Shown one piece after another: positions 39,301 to 46,913 of a DNA stretch of 64,000 bases (positions are counted from its first letter, which is position 1; every line of letters begins with the position of its first letter). Under the pieces are notes generated by a model. It did no database searches and was not told the DNA's origin. It was given only the letters and a program-made list of their open reading frames with translations. The position numbers were made by a program, and so were the translations under genes. The DNA comes from a virus, in IMG/VR virus record IMGVR_UViG_3300032222_000151, positions 32,001-96,000 of that record. One strand, given 5' to 3'.

Positions 39301-39408
39301 TGCCATTTGTGTATGGAAGGCTGATATCTGACGTTGTAGAAGTTTTAGACTTGCTAAAGCATCGGACGTATCAATATTTACATGAATATTGGATTGAACA
39401 TCAGCCAT
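30331..39408 (-). CDS. Tape measure protein with internal cargo domains
   Basis: 3025 aa; TP901-like core (GINASEGANALKS, IEQLFGK), hydrophobic segments, coiled coils, DTVPAMLTPGE motif; follows the tail tube and chaperones. Confidence 0.93.
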   Translation of the reverse strand: MADVQSNIHVNIDTSDALASLKLLQRQISAFHTQMAKSGASASAVAANQAQNLMNSINATGQFQASLRKVTSSTEHFTDALERNKLTSREYFRYTGAATKTFGRLFRSEFETINKVARERVKDIQTQYIKLGRGANGALESIAVRPLTLDMKNLGTQTAIAAQRQQLLNQLLKQGSTNLLNFGKNTQWAGRQLMVGFTVPLAMLGTTAAKTFMKLEEQAIRFKRVYGEMFTTQEETDAMVKQIQTLAKEYTKYGVAVEETMKMAADAAAMGKQGAELTAQVAQATRLAVLGGVEQAQALETTISITNAFGIAAEDLAKKIDFLNSVENQTVVSIEDLTIAIPKAGPVVQQLGGDVEDLAFFLTAMKEGGINASEGANALKSGLASLINPSEKASKFLAGLGVNIKGIVEANQGDVTKTVVGFAQALDTLDPLNRARAIEQLFGKFQFSRLSTLFQNVTAQGTQASRVLGLAQATTEELAILSQRELDKIEDTTTYKFKKAIEDLKVTIAPVGEQFLKALTPIVEFASKVLEKFNNLGDGSKKFLTIFTVAVGGIGPILLMTFGLIANAAANIIKLFANMKSMYNRAGSASKVLGEQTSYLTKEQLEASAVAASLDQVHTRLKQTFTSETTAVNALAAAYRRAIAAQVGFTGPVRGGAGGKGLKKYSNGTTSVPGTGNKDTVPTMLTPGEAVIPAQAAQDPANRPVIARMVAGETIQGFSEGTTGVTKKGKRRKVETDFAHATSPQVMGVGQVPPEFEGKAKDLGARGIDKAFGYRGLGFDIASDVHARLRDNRVEVREYEAELRKPRAVETMTANLMKPPSSLTAEEAAKVTNRIRKNLILSLQGLPDGTLIGDKTIYSRMGNLKTGILGGLARDPRLAPAIESIYAVAGVGGGSKASVKYNGKMSVEDLIEKIKKDGPKTNRATISAIEDLKLKAPGIMLDVLTDKDGKLIGYERPEVSGKKNSKDPKDWTLTDKKNNGSLVGDRFATGRSGGDTGAVKIGNTSKPALLKAARGVLQGLTGEDIDGKPVTTYGKQISKGTGYSNVAARDASGVFETADGKKVYVKPMVDLKSAIAEQRATQIARDVHGLDAPKQELRIIKDPYTGKLMYALESAFDSKFDPNQMDKKFNKDQYFRQLVAANLRADKDLKKGNLGGNILADVGTAGVFDRASGARDYAAKLPSMLEMAEKNLSGVKGPAAGNSPFWFGNATADIAKKMTADEYHRSMINEIDRVLPRLKETIKSFGLGPEDQKVYQAMIDRLEEGKKVDWRAIHAKHSSILVKPDEMIEDEKGNLKKPKTKPKPKGVKSSSGSSKDTRITAKPKKGTRVVQGPKGSVTVAGFADAPESQGAVATALVNGAKGSLAEARAVGANIGTTISQSAAAASRTMLYGTGPVDADAKSVRRQLEKRQKAEAKTQAKAAASRTALYGTGPIDADAKSMRRNAQKEMKRSKLAEKVAYKQSIIDQKAAEEAKKRTLSGRTKTYFENREAKKQAKIAAGKSPGMGMAGAVGIASGAAMIGSMAPGKVGEISQKVMMPLMGLAMVLPMLKSPMAAVAIGLTATVGAFVALRMAFDNAQRKVLEESEKFKGSASAIQEIAKFSGKATASEQMDLRRKNSFSMLGPATGKTTYGEAFVQTKEGKALTERLSKQNAAGKGGQAVSDLTDQLSTAVMSGAMDIGQAKSLAMNAARQAGDMSLGIKVIAQIEELLGPNGENLVNSPLEVRVKMVEQNKKNLQTSFSNIENANPLQKLAGQKTMQKVGIGASAAGGAAVGATIGAALGSVVPVLGNAVGAIIGGGIGAAAGAIGGYFASKKFANQSAELGAAYAVDAKIAMEQNKQMLDSFDMYMEKKVEELRLQGKINEANELQEKLIDKRNQLTAAQGAIQADIVSQYNSAGGLQESMMSGMQKATSAKYKNNPNELAYLDVVNTQAGNLRKSGLIDSGQEFLIQAKMASGDIPPSVFRSLLQMATENKDIAPKMMNIITKFSGATSESIGVAAQNILGADKVINKTVQTDFITKVQAFEKDSDALDFTKNIIKLNNLNSVIPSDFLVGFYIDPKNKAAYDELNRVLDAIETQKPKTIDAVYNIIPELRGSAAFDETYFKSLTDDQKQVYTTTIASVINIPDPQIVADDDYQAWLKETGPRGGAGVKGSVAFKIQKYKEAQGFKAVTNNTQITANAPTSSSSSSGGGNKVQSSELDDLVKRLRDVRKNQIKVTEGWGASQKALNNLFGGSKTIKIFSGIENDMRSLGAGEDLIDLITGMDPKEYEKRKKSLFEFDKKGNITKIKDNARSIGDALQSVKLGEFVSEQEKMSRQIGDQVTALKRLQAAGVDGSVALEAVADATFAAAVANKRLTDAELKKITAAAKKATKAQREMAAIQLATGETTDLENRAKILAKMTKDLSGLSSDTIAAILDSPALQAVMLEFGIDSERFKKLLQLTLDKANVELKIKKMTIPGMEEIFQDGFNKATEAFDVEEKKYQLKFDIDTKQANKDIEAAQNEIAKKQFDIDDKEAGLKQIEEQEKKINEKYDERIAALDQVEKANAAISEQQKGQLTLAEALTSGDIAAAARAAQDMRAKEAADAATKQKDALEKSREFELSGVKTKDGKTRKQLEAEIKKLQDEIFDIEEKKLEPAQELIRLREIQLKKEIDGITVLGKTRAEWEGIKNLVDLARIKSAQFVKAMQDALDIYPKLITAYENQKVNTDPINPTGTTTGTPTVTGTGTATGTDTGGDDDPKINPGSNGSTGTNPEFRGNAGSTPDGSTGGSKNNSGTTPAKNNNTSDPFYNSSLLHREDLDRMALDAKKNLMLFEQNMNVADVMKNAGTTPGLHLKSLYDQQNAAAIQNAMKPTPGMLAQEKAVRDAAARDAAAAKKAKENASADSARAAAAAKDAKRKQEEILKKFGGNAAAANAFGNWSTGGLIPKYFSFGGFAKGTDTVPAMLTPGEFIMSKYAVDSYGVDTMRKINKGDSIGGSVYNNTYTLTVNAKTNANPNEIAQAVMSTIKQVDDRRIRGVNINGR
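35081..35262 (-). repeat. Imperfect direct repeat within the tape measure (two copies of AAASRTxLYGTGPxDADAKSxRR)
   Basis: Copies at about 35081-35148 and 35195-35262. Confidence 0.85.
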
Positions 39409-39426
39409 CCATTAACACCTCTTTAT

Positions 39427-39750
39427 TTAGTTATTTACAAGATTGCCAATTAAAGATGCGTCTGAAAGTTTGATTCCAGATGCTTCTTCAACGATCTTGT
39501 ATACAGTTGGAAGGTCTAGATTTTCTTCTAGGGCTTCCTTGTCATCTGCCAATTCTGGCTTGTATTGTTGCATTGCAATTTGAACACAGTCAATAAGTAG
39601 ATCCATTGACTTTTCGTTATCTTCTGCTACCTTTGCGATATCTTCAAACTTCTTCATAAATGGACGAAGTAGAGATATCTTTAGTGGTCTTACCTTGATC
39701 TTTGTTCCGTCGATCAGAGTTACTGTTTTTTCTTCAGTGGCGGTTGCCAT
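39427..39750 (-). CDS. Tail assembly chaperone (gpG-like)
   Basis: Directly before the tape measure; AAGGAGG RBS; paralogous to the N-half of 39807-40487. Confidence 0.75.
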   Translation of the reverse strand: MATATEEKTVTLIDGTKIKVRPLKISLLRPFMKKFEDIAKVAEDNEKSMDLLIDCVQIAMQQYKPELADDKEALEENLDLPTVYKIVEEASGIKLSDASLIGNLVNN

Positions 39751-39776
39751 TTATTCCTCCTTATAAGGTTTAGTCA

Positions 39777-39785
39777 ATTATACCA
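39777..39785 (-). promoter_or_regulatory. Extended -10 promoter TGgTATAAT
   Basis: Consensus match upstream of a strong RBS. Confidence 0.65.
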
Positions 39786-39806
39786 TAGCGCAGGCTTATT
39801 TTTTTA

Positions 39807-40487
39807 TTATTCATAAACTTCGTAATCAAGCCCCATGCCTATTCCAAAACCAGCCTTTTCAGCATTTACACCCTGTAAGGCTAGAATATCATTACCATCT
39901 GTGGTTTTACCCTTGCTAAAAACTCTAGCCTTCATGTCTTCCCACTCGTTGCCACTGCCTGAGTTTTTATCCAGATCTACACCTTGCATAGCAGCGGAGA
40001 ACTTCTTATCGCTATAATCCAATTCTCTTTTTATCTTTAAAGTTGCTGTTAGTTCTTGCATAGACATTGACGACTCCAGTTCATCATAGTCTTTCCATAT
40101 TCCAAGAAGGAATGCTTCTGACTCTAGTTTTGCCAAGTCCAATGTTTCCCATGATGAACCGCTATCTACCGCCTGATCTTTAACAGTATCATCTGACTTT
40201 TGATTAATTTTAATTCCTGCTGCGATATCTATAACCTCATAAATTGTTGGCAAGTCCAGACTGTCTTCAACATCTTCTGTAGTTTTAATTGATGGGCAGT
40301 ACTGCTTCATTGCGATTCTGGCACAGTCAACAAGAACAGCAATAGACTCATCATCTGTTTTTGCATTTTTAATACTTTCAAATACTTCTAGGAATTCTCT
40401 TAAATATTTTATTTTTAATGGTACAGCAGTAACGACTTGACCGTCTACTAAATAAAAATCTTTTTTGTCATAAATTCTTGTTGCCAT
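39807..40487 (-). CDS. Tail assembly chaperone (gpGT-like, two-domain)
   Basis: Between tail tube and tape measure; G-like N-half plus an extra C-terminal domain; start refined to ATG 40487. Confidence 0.7.
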   Translation of the reverse strand: MATRIYDKKDFYLVDGQVVTAVPLKIKYLREFLEVFESIKNAKTDDESIAVLVDCARIAMKQYCPSIKTTEDVEDSLDLPTIYEVIDIAAGIKINQKSDDTVKDQAVDSGSSWETLDLAKLESEAFLLGIWKDYDELESSMSMQELTATLKIKRELDYSDKKFSAAMQGVDLDKNSGSGNEWEDMKARVFSKGKTTDGNDILALQGVNAEKAGFGIGMGLDYEVYE

Positions 40488-40493
40488 AATATA

Positions 40494-40502
40494 AGTATAC
40501 CA
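40494..40502 (-). promoter_or_regulatory. Extended -10 TGgTATACT, leaderless geometry
   Basis: 6 nt to ATG 40487; no SD. Confidence 0.65.
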
Positions 40503-40537
40503 AACAGAAAGGCCCAACCCCGAAGGATTGAGCCTCT
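40503..40537 (-). terminator. Rho-independent terminator after the tail tube gene
   Basis: AGGCTCAATCC-TTCG-GGGTTGGGCCT followed by TTCTGTTT; cUUCGg loop. Confidence 0.8.
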
Positions 40538-40553
40538 CGTATATTAAGTTGTA

Positions 40554-41237
40554 TTATGGTGTTACTGATGTCAATGAGCGGTCTACGATCTTACCGTATG
40601 ATGCGTCATCGTTTGGAAGAAGACGGAATGAAACTTCAAACATTGAAGCCTCGTCACGCTTAGCAGATACTGTAACATTCTCAATTGAGAGTGCACGGTA
40701 TGCAACATAAATTCTTTCCTTTGGTGTTAGCGCAGAACCAGATCCTGGTCCTACTGCTACAAGGCCACGCTCTAGTGGAACGTCGCCAATATCGCCAGCA
40801 GACATCTTAAGAGTTGTTGCTCCTGATGCTGTTGACTTGTCTGAGTCATCTCCTGCAATTGCTACTAGAAGATTTTCTAGTGTTGCCTCTGCAAAAGCAG
40901 TATTTAGATTAACTGTCATACCTTGCTTGAATAAACGAGCAACGTCAAGAAGTTGATCTACTGCTACTTCACCAAAATCTGGCTGAAAAGCAAGTTCCAA
41001 ACCATTAGATGTGTATCCAATGTTTGTGTAATCTTCTGTCCAGTCTGGTGTCAGAGTATCGTCTGACAACGTTTCCTTTATAGAAGTTGTTGACTGTGCG
41101 AATGAAGGTAGATCTAATGCTGCTTGAGCATCGGTAATCTTTCCATCTTCATCAAGTCCGATTGGGCCTGCATTATGTGTGAAAAGTGCTGCTGCACCCA
41201 CGATAATGTTACTACTTGAACCACGGCTATATGCCAT
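40554..41237 (-). CDS. Major tail tube protein
   Basis: NIIVGAA, GYTSNGLE, VDQLLD, AEATLENL; GAGGTG RBS at ATG 41237; followed by a terminator. Confidence 0.85.
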   Translation of the reverse strand: MAYSRGSSSNIIVGAAALFTHNAGPIGLDEDGKITDAQAALDLPSFAQSTTSIKETLSDDTLTPDWTEDYTNIGYTSNGLELAFQPDFGEVAVDQLLDVARLFKQGMTVNLNTAFAEATLENLLVAIAGDDSDKSTASGATTLKMSAGDIGDVPLERGLVAVGPGSGSALTPKERIYVAYRALSIENVTVSAKRDEASMFEVSFRLLPNDDASYGKIVDRSLTSVTP

Positions 41238-41300
41238 ATTTCTCACCTCTTTCATTTTATTAAAAGGGGGTTGTTTCCTCGCTTTAATTATACTACCCGT

Positions 41301-41819
41301 TTATGATGGGTTTATTGGGTGCCAATCGTAGTCTATGATGATCTTATTCCCCGCATAAGTACGGGCTGTTCCAAAGTCTACTATATCTCTGGTTTCTTCT
41401 AGTTGGTAGATCTTAAAGTTGTGGAAGAATAGTGGCAAAGAGTTTGTGTCCCAATCACTCTCGTTTGCTGTGGCCCATTCATTTAGGTCTTTTGCTGAGT
41501 CGTCTCCGTTGTCAAGCAAATCGCTTATCTTTTGCTGAGTAATAATCATATTCTTTTGTGCATTCTCACCTACAGAATAAAAATAATATAGCAATTGCTC
41601 ACACTTGATATATGGGAATGGAGTTCTTCTCATTTTAAACATTCTGTCATATACGCCAAAGACTCCGTTGCTAAGTGGGAATGTTTCAGTTAAAGAGTCA
41701 ATTTGTGTTGGAAGGGTTGGAAAAAAATAAGTCACTCCAGAAGAACCAAAACTTGGACCTATCTTGTCTGCCAAGTAAGCGTTGATAATTGTTGGAGGAT
41801 GATGAATTACTGCAGTCAT
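41301..41819 (-). CDS. Putative tail terminator/completion protein
   Basis: Position immediately before the tail tube gene. Confidence 0.55.
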   Translation of the reverse strand: MTAVIHHPPTIINAYLADKIGPSFGSSGVTYFFPTLPTQIDSLTETFPLSNGVFGVYDRMFKMRRTPFPYIKCEQLLYYFYSVGENAQKNMIITQQKISDLLDNGDDSAKDLNEWATANESDWDTNSLPLFFHNFKIYQLEETRDIVDFGTARTYAGNKIIIDYDWHPINPS

Positions 41820-42493
41820 TATGCACCTACCCCTGCGTTAGCAATCCAGCGATAGCCAGTTGACACACCTTTTGTCTTGCCCATCTTTTTGCCTGCCTGC
41901 ATATCTTTTCTATAAACCTGTGGATTTTCAAGATACTGTGCAACACCGCTTACTCTTAAGAACGCTTGTGAAAAATATCTGTTAAAGAACATATCGAAAA
42001 CCTTTTCAAATCCGCCTTGAACTTCTGTTCCTCCAGGATTATCTACTCTTACTTCATTTTTTGTAAACACCATTTCTCCATTTTCTTCAAATGCTAAAGC
42101 CTGTGCAACTCTTGGTCTAATTACAACTGGAATACCTTCTTCCATAATTCTTGCTTTGTCATAAAAAGGAACTCTTGATCCATTCTTTATTGATGTGGAC
42201 TGGCTAAACGATGATCTAAAAGAGAGTCCTAAGTTACTTGTTGTATATGATATGTCATACAGTCTTGCGCTTGGGCTTCCAGTTTGATTCCATTCGTATA
42301 TGTGGTGAAGCATATCTGGATTAACTCTTGCGTTTGAATCAATAAATTGCTTCATTACCTCAACAGTTTCCATGCCCAGAGTTTTTAAAAATATAGTCTT
42401 TCCTTTTTGAACACCTTCTAAAAAACCAACTGAATAATCAATTATGTTATTCATTTCTTTTTTAAACTGATTAGAATTAAATACAGTCCTCAT
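41819..42493 (-). CDS. Putative neck protein
   Basis: Head-tail block position; MEEG...IRP...ALAF...V.NPG motif. Confidence 0.55.
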   Translation of the reverse strand: MRTVFNSNQFKKEMNNIIDYSVGFLEGVQKGKTIFLKTLGMETVEVMKQFIDSNARVNPDMLHHIYEWNQTGSPSARLYDISYTTSNLGLSFRSSFSQSTSIKNGSRVPFYDKARIMEEGIPVVIRPRVAQALAFEENGEMVFTKNEVRVDNPGGTEVQGGFEKVFDMFFNRYFSQAFLRVSGVAQYLENPQVYRKDMQAGKKMGKTKGVSTGYRWIANAGVGA

Positions 42494-42939
42494 ACGTCAC
42501 CTGTCTGATTCTCTGATCTTCTAATTACTACCTTATACGATTCAACCACTCCGAATGGGCCTACGAATGGCTCATATGTGGCTATTTCAAATAGTGTACC
42601 CTTTCCAGATCGTGGGCCAGAGGTTTCTATGTATACAAGATTTCCTTCTTGATCTTTGATATCTGTTATCAATATATTTGTTAAAGAGTTTTTGTTATCA
42701 CGAGAAGATATTCTTAGATCAGACTTTACTCTACCGATGAGAATTGAGTTCTGTGTTATATTTACATTTGGCTTTACTTCTTCTTTAAATGCTGATCCTC
42801 CTGATGAAAAACTACAGGCAAAAACCCTATCTAATATCCATTGCTTTTTAATTGCACCAAAATCACCTTGCTCAACTATTGGGTGATATACAGACGCTTG
42901 CATTGGAAACATGAAGTCTGGGGTTTCGCAAACAGTCAT
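42490..42939 (-). CDS. Putative head closure (stopper) protein
   Basis: Beta-rich, about 150 aa, after the adaptor. Confidence 0.55.
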   Translation of the reverse strand: MTVCETPDFMFPMQASVYHPIVEQGDFGAIKKQWILDRVFACSFSSGGSAFKEEVKPNVNITQNSILIGRVKSDLRISSRDNKNSLTNILITDIKDQEGNLVYIETSGPRSGKGTLFEIATYEPFVGPFGVVESYKVVIRRSENQTGDV

Positions 42940-43835
42940 TATAGTACCCCAAGTTTTGTAATAGACTTAACATACTTTGAAAGTATCTTGTCTACAATTA
43001 TGTTTCCTGTTCCTTCAAAAAGACCCTTATCAAACTGAATTCTATATTGATCTGTATTATAAGAAGAAATAAATCTCTTGTAATAATCTAGTTTACCGCA
43101 CTCAATGTCATGAATGAGCATCTCTGTTGCTCGAACAATATCTGATGGAACTACTGTGTGGCCATATTCTACTGTTATTAAATAATCCCAGCCTCTTCCA
43201 AAACCTCTATAAACAAACTGAGGATCAAGTGAGTCAGATGATGCTGCTGGAAGAACTAGTGGTGCAGATTCTGCACGGTTAATATTGTCTACAGACTTTT
43301 CAACAATTGCTGTCTTGTCTGATGTTACCTCATACTGTCTATCTTCAACTAATTGATTGTTTTCGTAAACAGACAAAACCTTTTTTACATCGTCCCAGAT
43401 TGGCAAAAAGTCTGATCCACTTCCTTCAAAGTGCAAGACTTTCTTCTTATAATAAAATCCTTCTGGCACTATTGAGTCAATAATTGCTCTTGCAATTTCT
43501 TCATTGAGTGCATATGCTGCTATATCTGATGCTGTTGTTGCCTTTGTTGATGGGTCAACATATGGTCTAAAGATCTCATAGGTTTCATCCTGAAGAATTC
43601 TTTCTTCCTCAGTTCCTAAATCTGCAACAATTTCAACTCTGTATGAAGAGTCGTATTTGCCAGGAAGGGATATCTCTAAGACATCTGTAGATGAAGAATC
43701 TAAAAACGTTAATGTAGAAATTGAAAGGTCCGCCATATCCGTTATGGTAACAGTTATATCTGCATCTGTAACTCCCGCTGGAATTACAAAATTAACAGGT
43801 ACTTCTGCATATGGCGAAACTCTCAATATTTCCAT
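42939..43835 (-). CDS. Putative head-tail adaptor
   Basis: EYGHTVVPSDIVRAT and VDKILSKY adaptor-like motifs; downstream of the capsid gene. Confidence 0.65.
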   Translation of the reverse strand: MEILRVSPYAEVPVNFVIPAGVTDADITVTITDMADLSISTLTFLDSSSTDVLEISLPGKYDSSYRVEIVADLGTEEERILQDETYEIFRPYVDPSTKATTASDIAAYALNEEIARAIIDSIVPEGFYYKKKVLHFEGSGSDFLPIWDDVKKVLSVYENNQLVEDRQYEVTSDKTAIVEKSVDNINRAESAPLVLPAASSDSLDPQFVYRGFGRGWDYLITVEYGHTVVPSDIVRATEMLIHDIECGKLDYYKRFISSYNTDQYRIQFDKGLFEGTGNIIVDKILSKYVKSITKLGVL

Positions 43836-43841
43836 ACTTAT

Positions 43842-44276
43842 TTACCCTAGAACCTTTTTGACTTCTTCAGGTGTTGCAAGGCGAACATGTGAGCGAGTTA
43901 GCCACTTGTCTGCCTGTGCCTGTGTAACAATGTTGTATCCTCTAGAAACTGATCCAACCTCTGACCAGTTAACATTCTTTGTAGAATAAATAGCGACCTT
44001 GTTTCCAAGTTCTGACTCTGGCTTAATTTTTCTCTTTGGGCCGTCTGCTGCTACTGATCCAATTGCGCCTGTCTCTGTAAACCCTAGTGCTTGCTCTGGT
44101 TCTGATGCAGCAGGTGCTTCGACAACTGGTGTCTCTACTACTGGTGCCTCAACAACTGATTCGACTACTGGCTCTGCTACATGCTCTACTGGTGCCTCTA
44201 CCGCTGGGGCTTCGACATGGGCTTGCTCTTCTGCATTTTCTACTGAAAACGGATTGTTATAATTATTATTTTCCAT
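43842..44276 (-). CDS. Hypothetical protein with acidic VEAP-repeat N-terminus
   Basis: AAGGAGG RBS and TGaTATAAT at 44295-44303. Confidence 0.7.
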   Translation of the reverse strand: MENNNYNNPFSVENAEEQAHVEAPAVEAPVEHVAEPVVESVVEAPVVETPVVEAPAASEPEQALGFTETGAIGSVAADGPKRKIKPESELGNKVAIYSTKNVNWSEVGSVSRGYNIVTQAQADKWLTRSHVRLATPEEVKKVLG

Positions 44277-44310
44277 TGTATCCTCCTTGTTTGTATTATA
44301 TCATTAAAGT

Positions 44311-44350
44311 ATTAAGGGGGACAGGAGAGTGAACTCCCGCCCCCCATTAA
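44311..44350 (-). terminator. Terminator-like hairpin after the major capsid gene
   Basis: GGGGGCGGGAG...CTCCTGTCCCCC GC-rich stem with a short T tail. Confidence 0.65.
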
Positions 44351-44366
44351 AGGTACTGTTTACAGA

Positions 44367-45500
44367 TTACTCATCTGCTGCAGCGTCAGCGAATGCAATT
44401 GCATCCTCTTCTTCCCACTGAATACCAAAGCGGACGAATACTGTGTACTCAATTGTGTCCTTCTTTGCTACGTATTCACGGTTTACTGTGATATCGCGCT
44501 GGAATCCCCATACACGGTTTGCAGGGAATGTCAAATCGATATAGCCTGCTGGGTAGTAAGGAACTTCCTGAACTTCAATTCCGAGAACACGAGTTGTACG
44601 TGCTCCACCGAATGTCTGTCCGATACCATCAAGGTATGACTGGCGATTTGCCTGGGTTGATCCTGGCATCTGGCCTGCGAATGCTTCTGCAACTGCATCA
44701 GCAAGTGTACCGTTGTTCTTAACGATTCCACCGAATGCGTCTGTACCTGCGTAGAACTTAAGATTGTTCTTAAGTGCACGGTACTTACGTGGCATTGCAT
44801 TGATGATGCCCTGCATTACATCAGGTGTCCAAGCATTATCTGCTACGGTCACTACTGACTCATGTGCATCTCCGTTTGTCTTTACCTTGTTGATAAAGCC
44901 TGGCATGATTGACAAGAATGCTCCTGTTGAACCATCACCATTGATAGCGAGATCTTCGATATCATTTGCGAATGCGTTTGTCATCAAGCGTACCAAGTGA
45001 TCTTCTAGAGCGTCACCTTCTACACCATCTTCCAATGATTCTGCTGTTACTTCCCAATCAAGACGAATCTTCTTGGTAGTAAGTTCGACCTTAGAGAATG
45101 TTGCACCTGTGTTTGTGTATGTACCAACTGCTTGCGCTGCTGCACGGATTACACGCTCACCGACGTTTACCTTCTCAAGTTCCATAGAATTAGCCTTCAT
45201 TGTTACACGACGGCCATCCTTTGCTAATACTGTTGCATCCCAAACATAGTCGATAAAACGACGTGCCTGCTCAGGGCGCAAAATTCCAGAAGCCGCTGAA
45301 CCACTAGGGTTAACAGCGTTTGCTCCGCTTGTAGATCCAAGAGTTGCTGTTGGAATGTTACCAAGTGTATCTGCACCTGGGTTTGTTACTCCACCAATTC
45401 CACCTGATGCGAAAGCACCTTGGCCCTGGTAAAGTCCTGGTGCTGTTCCACCTAGATCTCCAGATGCGCCTGGCTGGTTTTTGATTATTTCTTCTGACAT
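44367..45500 (-). CDS. Major capsid protein (HK97 fold)
   Basis: GILRPEQARRFID, ELTTKKIRL, FANDIEDLAING; after the protease; GGAGGTG RBS at ATG 45500. Confidence 0.9.
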   Translation of the reverse strand: MSEEIIKNQPGASGDLGGTAPGLYQGQGAFASGGIGGVTNPGADTLGNIPTATLGSTSGANAVNPSGSAASGILRPEQARRFIDYVWDATVLAKDGRRVTMKANSMELEKVNVGERVIRAAAQAVGTYTNTGATFSKVELTTKKIRLDWEVTAESLEDGVEGDALEDHLVRLMTNAFANDIEDLAINGDGSTGAFLSIMPGFINKVKTNGDAHESVVTVADNAWTPDVMQGIINAMPRKYRALKNNLKFYAGTDAFGGIVKNNGTLADAVAEAFAGQMPGSTQANRQSYLDGIGQTFGGARTTRVLGIEVQEVPYYPAGYIDLTFPANRVWGFQRDITVNREYVAKKDTIEYTVFVRFGIQWEEEDAIAFADAAADE

Positions 45501-45523
45501 ATTGTCACCTCCTAGTGATTTGT

Positions 45524-46861
45524 TCATTTGAATAGATCGGCTGTTTTGAGGAAACTACCGCCCCATAGGGATTTTTCAACCATTTCAGGTTGAGACTGAA
45601 AGATATCGCCGATATCTCCAGACTTTCGGAATGCGGTGTCTGCTTCCACAGCGTCTACTCGTTTTCCAAATTCATTAAACTCGCTTGATACTGCTGCAAT
45701 ATCTTTTGCAACTGCTGCAAACGAATCCTTTACTGTCTCAACATCTACCTTTGAAGACTTAAGAAGTTCTACTTCTGCTTGCAAAGATTTTACTGTTGAT
45801 AATAGATCGCTAAAGGCTGATGTTAGATTATTCTTGATTTCTGCAATTGCTTCTACAACTACATCATCTGACTTAGATACATCTGCGTCTGTGTCTGCTA
45901 CCTTTTCAACTTCTTCTGCAACTGGTGCATCTTCAGTTTCTGCTGCTGGTGCTTCGTCTGACTTAACAACATCTGCTGTTTCTGTCTCTTCTGCCTTTGC
46001 AACTTCTTCGGTAACTTCTTCAACCACGGCATCTGCCTCTGGAGCGACCACAACATCTTCAACTACATCTGTCTTTTCAACTTGTGTTTTTGATTTTGTC
46101 ATAGGTTGTACCTCCTTGTTAATCTTAGAAGTATTAATGCCTTTAGCACTATCAACTAAGAATTTTATCATTGTTGTTTTTTCATCATCCGTTTTTTCAA
46201 CGAACCCTATATTTTCCATCTGCTCTCCAGTAACGGGGCTAAGTTCTGACTCGTTTTCAGATGATATAACAATTCCATTTTCTTTATCGTAAAAAACATT
46301 TTCTAATACTGTTGAGTCTGCCTTGATAACATCTACGCCATCAACCTTTTCAACTGAAACAATATTTGCAAACTGATTTGCTGGGGAATCTACAAGACTC
46401 AACTCAACCAAATCATAATCCTTAATAATTCTAATCTGTGAGTCTGACTTCTCGTCATAACCGTCATCCCACTTATTCATTCGTCCACCAATAGAAAAAC
46501 CAGTGAGCGTTCCATCTAGAACTTTCTCCCAAGTATCTTGTGCACCCTTTGAAACATATGCAGAAACAAATACGCCCTTGTAGAACTTCTTTGTCTCTGG
46601 ATCGAAATACTTATCTTCTTTAAAGTTAACCATCTTGCCAACTGCTAGTGGCTGGTGCATTTCTCTAATGTTCCCACGGAACTTTGCAAATGCGTTCATA
46701 GATGCTTCTGATGTAACAATGTCCATCTGCTTGTCAAGGTTGTCTAGTGATGCAAAACCTGAAACGATACGACGCTCTTTGTCTACCTTGTTAAAAGGCA
46801 TTGAAAGACGAAGATTTTCCCCATCTGAATTCCAATGGGCTTTGGATATATTGCTCACCAT
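45524..46861 (-). CDS. Prohead protease fused to acidic scaffold
   Basis: REMH, GFSIGG, ELSLVDSPAN (HK97-type protease); acidic coiled-coil C-half; start near 46861. Confidence 0.88.
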   Translation of the reverse strand: MVSNISKAHWNSDGENLRLSMPFNKVDKERRIVSGFASLDNLDKQMDIVTSEASMNAFAKFRGNIREMHQPLAVGKMVNFKEDKYFDPETKKFYKGVFVSAYVSKGAQDTWEKVLDGTLTGFSIGGRMNKWDDGYDEKSDSQIRIIKDYDLVELSLVDSPANQFANIVSVEKVDGVDVIKADSTVLENVFYDKENGIVISSENESELSPVTGEQMENIGFVEKTDDEKTTMIKFLVDSAKGINTSKINKEVQPMTKSKTQVEKTDVVEDVVVAPEADAVVEEVTEEVAKAEETETADVVKSDEAPAAETEDAPVAEEVEKVADTDADVSKSDDVVVEAIAEIKNNLTSAFSDLLSTVKSLQAEVELLKSSKVDVETVKDSFAAVAKDIAAVSSEFNEFGKRVDAVEADTAFRKSGDIGDIFQSQPEMVEKSLWGGSFLKTADLFK

Positions 46862-46913
46862 TATATTATAAACCCCCTTTTGTACATATATCACATATTG
46901 GACATATTGGACA

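Noticed and set aside
39409-40553. Programmed -1 frameshift in the tail chaperone region
   Set aside because: No slippery heptamer at the end of the short gene and no overlapping T ORF; the long form is a separate in-frame gene.
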